From Acidovorax sp. (GTDB lineage Bacteria; Pseudomonadota; Gammaproteobacteria; Burkholderiales; Burkholderiaceae_C): a stretch of 44,093 bases of DNA. Position 1 is the stretch's first letter; every line of letters begins with the position of its first letter. The translations under genes were made by a program, and so were the position numbers. Shown here in pieces: positions 9,397 to 15,969 of this stretch. Location: positions 1 to 44,093 of the forward strand of contig JBCNOJ010000001.1 of assembly GCA_039593925.1 (NCBI GenBank), in the 5' to 3' direction. The notes beneath the pieces are model-generated. The model was not told the DNA's origin. It searched no databases and saw only the letters and a list, made by a program, of their open reading frames with translations.

Positions 9397-10281
9397 TTAC
9401 GGCTTTTGCACCACGTACGCATCCTGGTGGTGCCAGAACTGGCGCGGCGCAAATTTGAGCAGCTTTGCACCGGGCAGGTGTTCGGCGATTCGCGCCCTCA
9501 CATAGGCTTCAGACGTGAAGGTGGTGCCGTACTCCTGCCCATCAATCGCGTGGGATTCGCTCGATGGGGCAAAGAAGTAGCCGTTTTCATCCAGCACCAC
9601 CCCTTGCTTGTGCACCGCCTCGGCGCCGTGGGTGGTGAACACCAACACTCCACCGGGCGACACCATGCCATAAATGCGCTCCAACCAACGCGACCAGGTG
9701 GCATGGGGCAGGTGGCTGAACAGGGAAAGCACGAACACCAGGTCGTGCTGTTGGTCCCACTGCACCTGCTCCGGAACGGGAGCGGATACAAAACCCTTCA
9801 CGCCAAACGTTTCACGCGCGAAGTGCACCGAATCCGCCACGACGTCAGACACCACCACACGACCTGCTCCCAGTGCCTTCACGAGATGCCGCGTGAATCT
9901 GCCGTGGCCACTTGCGAACTCCAGCACGCTTTGGGTCCGCAGCAAAGGGTGGTCAACCTCCTCCAGCAACAAAACCAGCTCCGACATGGTGCGCCATCCG
10001 TCAGCCAGGTAGTCGCGCAAGGGGTTGTTGCTGAGTGGGTGGGATTCAAAAAAGCGGTAGATGTCATCCGCCGGTGCAATTTCGCAGGGGCAACCCATCC
10101 ACTCGGCAAAAGCGCCGGGCAGTGCATGCCTTTCGATCAGGTTATGGGCCGTAAGGCGAGACTCTGTCAGCTCCAGCACAGGGCGTAGCAATGCGGCGGC
10201 GCCCGCTTTGTCGCCCCTTGCAATCAGCGCCTGCGCCTGTACCTGCCAGTCTGGCGCGATGGGAGAATCAGAAATCGTCAT
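9397..10281 (-). CDS. Class I SAM-dependent methyltransferase with short N-terminal helical extension
   Basis: VLEFASGHGRFTRHL, DLVFVLSLFSHLP and PGGVLVFTTHG. Start set at MTISDS (10281) because the longer ORF overlaps wzt and a repeat. Confidence 0.85.
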   Translation of the reverse strand: MTISDSPIAPDWQVQAQALIARGDKAGAAALLRPVLELTESRLTAHNLIERHALPGAFAEWMGCPCEIAPADDIYRFFESHPLSNNPLRDYLADGWRTMSELVLLLEEVDHPLLRTQSVLEFASGHGRFTRHLVKALGAGRVVVSDVVADSVHFARETFGVKGFVSAPVPEQVQWDQQHDLVFVLSLFSHLPHATWSRWLERIYGMVSPGGVLVFTTHGAEAVHKQGVVLDENGYFFAPSSESHAIDGQEYGTTFTSEAYVRARIAEHLPGAKLLKFAPRQFWHHQDAYVVQKP

Positions 10282-10308
10282 GTAGCAACCGCACCTCAAA
10301 AGAACAGA

Positions 10309-10370
10309 ATCTAAAAAAGAATAGCTACAAGCGCTTGCTGGATAAGCGCAAAGTGCCAATTTGCCTTGAA
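10309..10370 (-). repeat. REP-like ~62 bp intergenic palindromic element (copy 1)
   Basis: The reverse complement ttcaaggcaaattggcactttgcgcttatccagcaagcgcttgtagctattcttttttagat aligns with 42917-42978. Central GCGCTT-N7-AAGCGC inverted repeat. Confidence 0.7.
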
Positions 10371-10373
10371 TTT

Positions 10374-11663
10374 TTATTGCCAACGGTGCGGCAACCGTAC
10401 CAGCCCCGGCATCAGGGTAGGCGATACGAAGCTGAAATGCAGGTACTGCAGCCACTCGTCATACACCACCAGCCCGCTCTCATCGAACAAAAAAGCGCTC
10501 ACCACATATTCACCGCTGTGCAACGGCAGGTTCGGAAACGTCAGCACGGACTGCCAGCTTCCATCAGGCAGGCGAACCGGGTGTGCCCCCTCCTCGTGGG
10601 TGGCCAGCGATGTGATGCCAGTGCCACGCGACTGCTCAATCATGAAGCCGATATTCGGCCGCTCATCCCCCCGCCCCCGCACCACGATGGTGGCCACCAG
10701 GTCAGCACTTTGCAGCAACGGCGGCTCGCCTTCACCCAGGTTGGCGACCGTCAATGAAAGAATGCGTGCCGTGGACGGCTCGCCCACAGCATCCGCGGCC
10801 GTCTTGGACTGGGCAGGTGTTGCCGAAGCCACGGCCTGCTGCTGCTCATGTTCCGCCGCTTCTTCGCCGCCACCATCCGCCTGTTGCTGGCGAAGCCGGG
10901 TGTGCATTTCGTAGGCCCCCAGCACCGGCTCGGTGGGCCCCAGTGCCCGCACACGCCCCCCCTCCAGCCAGACCGCTGTATCGCACAGGTGGCGTATGTG
11001 ATAAGGGCTGTGCGAGCAGAACAAAATGGTGCAGCCCTGTTCGCGAAACGCCATGATGCGCTCCACGCATTTCTTCTGAAAATGCTGGTCGCCCACGGCC
11101 AATGCCTCGTCGATGATCAGCATGTCCGGCTGCACCGCCGTTACCAGCGCAAAGGCCAGCCGCACCGTCATGCCGGACGAGTACGTTTTCACGGGCCGCT
11201 CCAAAGCAACGCCCAGCTCGGAGAATTCTGCAATGCCCGGCTCCAGCCGTGCCATCTCCTCATGGCTGATGCCGATCAAGCTGCCGCCAAAGTACAGGTT
11301 GTCGCGCCCGCTGAACTCTGGGTGAAAACCAGCTCCCAGCTCGAGGATGGCCGTGACCCGGCCCACACGTTCCAGAGTGCCCTGGCTGGGCTGCATGGTG
11401 CCGGCCAGCAGCTTGAGCAGCGAGCTCTTGCCTGCGCCGTTATCGCCAATCACGCCAATGCACTGGCCTCGGCGCAGCTCGAACGACACATCGCGCAGCG
11501 CCCAGTGACTGGTGTGCCGGGCACGCGTACTGAACAGCGCCTTGAAACGCTCCCGCGGGCTGGCATACAGCCGGTATTCCTTGCCAAGGCCAGACACACG
11601 CAACACCACGTCCGGCGGCATCGGTGTGGGTGCCAGGGCCTGCTGACGGCTGCCTTCGCTCAT
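10374..11663 (-). CDS. wzt: Polysaccharide ABC transporter ATP-binding protein with C-terminal Wzt_C-like carbohydrate-binding domain
   Basis: WALRDVSF, Walker A GDNGAGKSS, LELGAGFHPEFSGRDN, YSSGMTVRLAFA, IIDEALAVGD; C-terminal extension with LPLHSGEYVVS. Start MSEGS at 11663 overlaps the wzm stop. Confidence 0.93.
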   Translation of the reverse strand: MSEGSRQQALAPTPMPPDVVLRVSGLGKEYRLYASPRERFKALFSTRARHTSHWALRDVSFELRRGQCIGVIGDNGAGKSSLLKLLAGTMQPSQGTLERVGRVTAILELGAGFHPEFSGRDNLYFGGSLIGISHEEMARLEPGIAEFSELGVALERPVKTYSSGMTVRLAFALVTAVQPDMLIIDEALAVGDQHFQKKCVERIMAFREQGCTILFCSHSPYHIRHLCDTAVWLEGGRVRALGPTEPVLGAYEMHTRLRQQQADGGGEEAAEHEQQQAVASATPAQSKTAADAVGEPSTARILSLTVANLGEGEPPLLQSADLVATIVVRGRGDERPNIGFMIEQSRGTGITSLATHEEGAHPVRLPDGSWQSVLTFPNLPLHSGEYVVSAFLFDESGLVVYDEWLQYLHFSFVSPTLMPGLVRLPHRWQ

Positions 11664-12487
11664 AGCCAATCCACCAGTTGATCGCGGCTGCGGGCCACCA
11701 CGCCATTGAGCACCAGCGCCAAGCCCGTCATCCACAAGCCTGCAACACCCCACACCGCCAGCGGCGGCCATGCGCCTTGCAACAGCACCGACTGCAAGCC
11801 CACCACCATCGTCGTCATGGGGTTGAGCCACAACACCCATTGCCAACCAGCAGGGAACATGGACAACGGAAACAGAATGGGTGACAGATAAATGCCCACA
11901 GACAGCAGAAAGCCCACCACCTGGACCACGTCGCGCAACGCGGCCGCCAGAATGGCCAGCAAGTAGGCCAGCAGCCACACGATGGTGAGCTGCACCAACA
12001 GAAGGGCCGGTACCGCCAACACTGGCAGGCCAAACCGGTGCAATGGTGTGTACACCAGCACAATGAGCAACAGCAGCGGCCCAAAAATGAGTGCGCTGCC
12101 CAACACCGATCGGGTGACGAACAGCACCGGAGGCAGGGAGTTTTTCTGCAACAACCCACCGGCCTCCAGCAGGCTGTTCATGCCACGCGAGACCGCATCA
12201 CAGAACGCCATCCAAGGCAGCGCGCCCACGATGAGAAAGGTGCCCACCGCGTGCGTGGGTGCGCCCTCTCCGAGGCGCATCGAAAAAACGATGTCAAAAA
12301 CCAAGTAGTAGGCCGCTACTGTCAGCAGGGGCTGCAGGTACGGCCACACCACACCGGCAGCCGTGCCTGCATGGCGCGCGGCCAGTTCACGGCGCACCAA
12401 CACCGCCACCAGCTCACGCGCTCGCCACAGCGCAACCACATCGCGGGCCAGGGCGGGCTGCTGCATCGCTGAATCAACGTGGCTCAA
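11660..12487 (-). CDS. wzm: Polysaccharide ABC transporter permease
   Basis: RRELAARHAGTAAGVVW, LPWMAF, RDVVQ, YLSPILFP and LNPMT; six TM segments; adjacent to wzt. Start is TTG 12487 or ATG 12466. Confidence 0.92.
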   Translation of the reverse strand: MSHVDSAMQQPALARDVVALWRARELVAVLVRRELAARHAGTAAGVVWPYLQPLLTVAAYYLVFDIVFSMRLGEGAPTHAVGTFLIVGALPWMAFCDAVSRGMNSLLEAGGLLQKNSLPPVLFVTRSVLGSALIFGPLLLLIVLVYTPLHRFGLPVLAVPALLLVQLTIVWLLAYLLAILAAALRDVVQVVGFLLSVGIYLSPILFPLSMFPAGWQWVLWLNPMTTMVVGLQSVLLQGAWPPLAVWGVAGLWMTGLALVLNGVVARSRDQLVDWL

Positions 12488-13394
12488 CGGGTTTGAACTG
12501 TGACGAGAACGTGTTGATGGCTGCCTCGTTGGCCTGGCCGCCCACGCTCAGACGTTGAAGCTCTTTGGTGCGGGCATCCTTCACCAACGCACCGCGGGCC
12601 TGCATGCGCAAGCCTTCACGCACCTCATCAAAGGGGCGTTTGCCCGCCTCGCGACGCTCTTCCAGACGAATGATGTGATAGCCGTAGGGTGTTTCCACCA
12701 CGCCGCTCAGATCGCCTGGGTTCTTAAGGGTGGCCAGCGCCCGGGCAAAAGAAGGGTCTCCATCACCTTCTGCAACAAACCCCACATCGCCGCCACGGCC
12801 TACGCTGCCCTGGTCCTCCGAATTTTCACGGGCCAGCTGCGCAAAATCGGAACCTGCCTTGGCCTTGGCCAACAATTCATTCACACGCTCCCGCGCATTG
12901 GGTGTCGCGGTCTTGAGCAAAATGTGCCGCACACGCGCACGCGCCGGGGCCTGCAACGCCTTTTCATCCATGGTGCGGTAAGTGCTTTGGGCATAGGCCT
13001 CCAAAGCCTCATCGCTGGGTTGGTGGCTTTGATCAAAATCAGCCCAGTAAAGGTCGGCCAGCGCCTTCTCTCGAGACAATTGCAGTTGCGCCTTGGCCTC
13101 CGGGCTGTCTGCCAAGCCCTTGGCCTGTGCCAGCCCCGCCATCATGCGTTGCACGTACAGGTTCAAAGCCAACTGCTCTACGTTGGCGGGGCGGGAAAGA
13201 ACCGTAGAGCGTGCCAGGTCAGAGATGCGCGTCGCAGCGTCCGCCTGCACTTCGAGTGCAGAGACTTGGCCACCAGGCCCACCAAACAAAACCGCCTGCG
13301 CCATGGCCCCCGAGGCCATGGCAGTGGCGCATGCCACCAAGCAAGCGGCACGCAAAAGATGGGACACGGAACGGGGTTGTTTTGTGGTCAACAT
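12474..13394 (-). CDS. Periplasmic parvulin (PpiC-type) peptidyl-prolyl isomerase/chaperone
   Basis: Signal peptide (AMA-QA), helical N-domain, then RVRHILL...FAQLARENSEDQGS...GGDVGFV...VETPYGYHII. Confidence 0.9.
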   Translation of the reverse strand: MLTTKQPRSVSHLLRAACLVACATAMASGAMAQAVLFGGPGGQVSALEVQADAATRISDLARSTVLSRPANVEQLALNLYVQRMMAGLAQAKGLADSPEAKAQLQLSREKALADLYWADFDQSHQPSDEALEAYAQSTYRTMDEKALQAPARARVRHILLKTATPNARERVNELLAKAKAGSDFAQLARENSEDQGSVGRGGDVGFVAEGDGDPSFARALATLKNPGDLSGVVETPYGYHIIRLEERREAGKRPFDEVREGLRMQARGALVKDARTKELQRLSVGGQANEAAINTFSSQFKPVEPR

Positions 13395-13450
13395 AGCGTC
13401 AAATCAGTTCAGCAATTAATACCAAAAATAACAAAATCACACACACCATG

Positions 13451-13481
13451 AAAAAAGGCGGGGGCTAGGCCCCCGCCTTTT
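13451..13481 (-). terminator. Rho-independent terminator downstream of the surface-protein gene
   Basis: Perfect 13-bp inverted repeat aaaaggcgggggc-tag-gcccccgcctttt (13453-13481) ending in a T6 tract on the minus strand. A second hairpin cttgccgc-acaag-gcggcaag lies at 13486-13506. Confidence 0.88.
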
Positions 13482-13516
13482 GAGTCTTGCCGCACAAGGC
13501 GGCAAGCAGCTCCCAA

Positions 13517-15274
13517 TTAACGCGTAAAGCGGTGTGCTTGGGTGATGCTGTAGTTGGTGGACTTGCCGTCCACGGCGTTGCCAGTCATCTTCACGAAGGC
13601 GTGGCCGATCACAGGCAGACCAATGCCGCCATTGCCGGTGGTGGCAATGTTCATCCAGCCGCTGGCAAAGCCAGTTTGGATGTCCTTGGCAGCGATCGTA
13701 GCGCCCAACGAAGAGGTGCTGTTGATGGTCAACACACTGGTTTCGCCGCAGAACACCACACGCTTAGCCGTGCCTGGAGAAACCACGAAGTCGCTCGAAG
13801 CCGAGGTTTCTTCTTGGTCGTAGGCCGTCACGGTAGCAGCGCCAGCACCGGTTTCAACACAGGCTTGGTACGTAGGATTGCCCGAAGAGCCACCGGTACC
13901 GATCTTCGTGTTATCAGCTGTGAAGTACTTGGAAATGTTGGCTGCAGCAACAACGCCAGTATTAGCGGTCGTGTTAAACACCGCAACCTTCGTGGCAGGC
14001 GTGTAGTTCACGCCCACAGCATAGCGGCGGGTAGGCATGGAGAACACCCAGTCCGTCTGACCTTCGATCAGCGGGTTCGTGACGTATTCGTTCATCACGT
14101 TGGTCACAGCCAGCGAAGCCGTCAGCAGACGTGCTTGCACCAGTGGCTTGTCTGCATTGGCAGCAACAGTCACAGCGCCGTCATCGGTCAAGCTAGCAGC
14201 CACCACGTAAGGCGTGGACATGTCGGGCAGGTCGTACTCGGCAGCAGCCACGATGCCAGTCGAACCAGCAGCGCCGGTCGTACGCAGCAGCGGATCAGAC
14301 GTCAGCAGGTTGATCACATTGCCAGCGACGGTGGTGTCCATCTGGGGAGAGAACACCACGCGACCAGGAGCCTTAGCACCGGCAGCAGTACGGGCTTCCA
14401 CCGCCACCATGTTGGCAGACCACGACACAAAGCCAGAGCTTTGGTTCAGGATCGTCCAGCTGCCCATCAGACCACTGCTAGGCGCCCACAAACCTTTTTC
14501 CAGCACAGCTTGGTCATCATCAGCGACTGGCGCGACGTTAACAGTGCTGGTAACACCGCCAGTAGCGGGGTTAGATTGCAACGCCATAACTGCTGCTGGC
14601 AGCGTAACGCCGTCTGCAGTCGAGCCGCAGGGATTTTTACCTGCAACGTGCTTGATTGCAGTGTACAGAGGGTTAGCGAAAGTGGTAGCCGAAGTGCGAT
14701 CAACACCGGTAGCAGCTGCACCTGGCAGGGTAGGAGGAATGTCAGCCATGTTGAAGATTTCAACGTAGCCTTCCAGGGTTTGAACGGCCTTGGCAGCATC
14801 GTCAGCACCGAACACACGGTCGGTCTTGAACGACGTAGCATTCAGCGTGCTGCGGCGTGGCAGCGTGCAGGAGTTGTCGGGCGTGAAGATACGGGCCAGA
14901 CCGTCTTCACCCTTGTACACGTTGGCAGTCCACACGTCACCAGGCGACATCAGCACGGTAAAGTCGAACACGTCGTCGGAGTTGGCCGCACCGCGGAAGC
15001 GCACCTTCACGGCCTTGCCGTTCTTGGCGTCGGTGTTCACGATGCTCAGCAGCGTGCCGTTGCCGTTCTGCACGGAGTAGTACGGCGTCAGCAGGTTGTG
15101 ACCCACGCCATCAGCAGACATCACCAGTTCTTCTGCCGTGGTACCTGTGTTAAGGAAAGCAGCTGCGGTACCAGCGGCACCCACTTCAACAGACACGCCA
15201 GCGGATGCAGCACCAGCAAAACCCAGGCCACCAATCATGGCAGCGATGCTCAGGGAGAGAACATTTTTTCTCAT
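13517..15274 (-). CDS. Sec-exported Ala/Thr/Gly/Val-rich cell-surface protein, candidate S-layer/surface-array subunit and T2SS substrate
   Basis: Signal peptide MRKNVLSLSIAAMIGGLGFAGAASA; 585 aa; four Cys; no enzymatic motif. GGAG SD, frequent GCT/GGT/ACT/GAA codons, own promoter region and strong terminator. Lies between the T2SS operon and PPIase/wzm-wzt. The CDS is solid; the function is inferred. Confidence 0.72.
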   Translation of the reverse strand: MRKNVLSLSIAAMIGGLGFAGAASAGVSVEVGAAGTAAAFLNTGTTAEELVMSADGVGHNLLTPYYSVQNGNGTLLSIVNTDAKNGKAVKVRFRGAANSDDVFDFTVLMSPGDVWTANVYKGEDGLARIFTPDNSCTLPRRSTLNATSFKTDRVFGADDAAKAVQTLEGYVEIFNMADIPPTLPGAAATGVDRTSATTFANPLYTAIKHVAGKNPCGSTADGVTLPAAVMALQSNPATGGVTSTVNVAPVADDDQAVLEKGLWAPSSGLMGSWTILNQSSGFVSWSANMVAVEARTAAGAKAPGRVVFSPQMDTTVAGNVINLLTSDPLLRTTGAAGSTGIVAAAEYDLPDMSTPYVVAASLTDDGAVTVAANADKPLVQARLLTASLAVTNVMNEYVTNPLIEGQTDWVFSMPTRRYAVGVNYTPATKVAVFNTTANTGVVAAANISKYFTADNTKIGTGGSSGNPTYQACVETGAGAATVTAYDQEETSASSDFVVSPGTAKRVVFCGETSVLTINSTSSLGATIAAKDIQTGFASGWMNIATTGNGGIGLPVIGHAFVKMTGNAVDGKSTNYSITQAHRFTR

Positions 15275-15295
15275 GAATACTCCAGTTAGAAAAAG

Positions 15296-15406
15296 TTGGT
15301 AAGCGCAACTACCAAGATTGATTACGCTCGAGGATGGTAGCACGCACAAAAGAGAGAAAGCCGTCGAGATTTATGATTTGATCCGATGTGTTGATGAAAT
15401 GCAACA
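15296..15406 (-). promoter_or_regulatory. Putative promoter/5' UTR of the surface-protein gene
   Basis: Extended -10-like TGcTACCAT (15342-15334, minus strand), 5' UTR hairpin ttggtag-ttgcgc-ttaccaa (15315-15296), and upstream palindrome TGTTG-N8-CAACA (15389-15406). Confidence 0.45.
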
Positions 15407-15470
15407 GTTCAGTTCACTCCATTACCAGTCCCTCCTTTGCGCAGAGAAGGCGGCCCGGCAAACCGGCCCT

Positions 15471-15905
15471 TCACAGCTTCTGATACAGCCACCATTTGCC
15501 ATCTTCCAGAAGCCACGTTTCGTCTACACCGGTGATGATGTTACCCTTGAAGTTCATTACGCCAATGGGTTTTGATTCGATTCTGATGGATGCCGTGCAC
15601 TTTTCCGCACTTTCGCATCGCACCCGAGCCACCTCAACCTTCGCCCAAGCTGCGCCGCCGTTCAACTTCTCGTTATAGCGCTCGAACGACGACACCGCCC
15701 GGTAGGAGGGCGCCAAGTATTCATAAGCGCCCTTGAAATCGTGCGCAACCATGGCCTTCCAGCGCGCGGTAGCGCGTGCCTGGACGATCTCTTCAGGTGT
15801 GCCGCTTTCAATGCTGGCACAGCCAGCCAACAGCACCACGGCTGCCAGTGCGCCGCACAGTGCGAAGCGGCGCCCGCTCATGAGTTTGTAGCTTGTGTTT
15901 TGCAT
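15471..15905 (-). CDS. Small lipoprotein of unknown function (candidate T2SS accessory protein/pilotin)
   Basis: Lipobox RRFALCGALAAVVLLAG-C; ~115-aa mature domain with a C-x5-C pair and terminal ETWLLEDGKWW. Start uncertain (15947, 15905 or 15881). Confidence 0.75.
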   Translation of the reverse strand: MQNTSYKLMSGRRFALCGALAAVVLLAGCASIESGTPEEIVQARATARWKAMVAHDFKGAYEYLAPSYRAVSSFERYNEKLNGGAAWAKVEVARVRCESAEKCTASIRIESKPIGVMNFKGNIITGVDETWLLEDGKWWLYQKL

Positions 15906-15969
15906 GGGTAAAACAGATTGTGCTGTCATGGATGGTTCATGGGACATGGTGACTAAGTAAGTGACCGCA

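Noticed and set aside
10282-10455. N-terminal extension of the methyltransferase ORF
   Set aside because: Reads through the REP-like element and the wzt end; the real start is more likely 10281.
11664-11978. N-terminal extension of the wzt ORF (534-aa version)
   Set aside because: Overlaps wzm out of frame; the coupled ATG at 11663 is more plausible.
13517-15274. Alternative identity as porin, autotransporter, flagellin or PEP-CTERM protein
   Set aside because: No terminal aromatic beta-signal, no autotransporter barrel, no flagellin termini and no PEP-CTERM/TM tail.
13487-15289. 600-aa antisense ORF spanning the surface-protein gene
   Set aside because: No recognisable protein features; the absence of antisense stops is explained by the strong codon bias of the sense gene.
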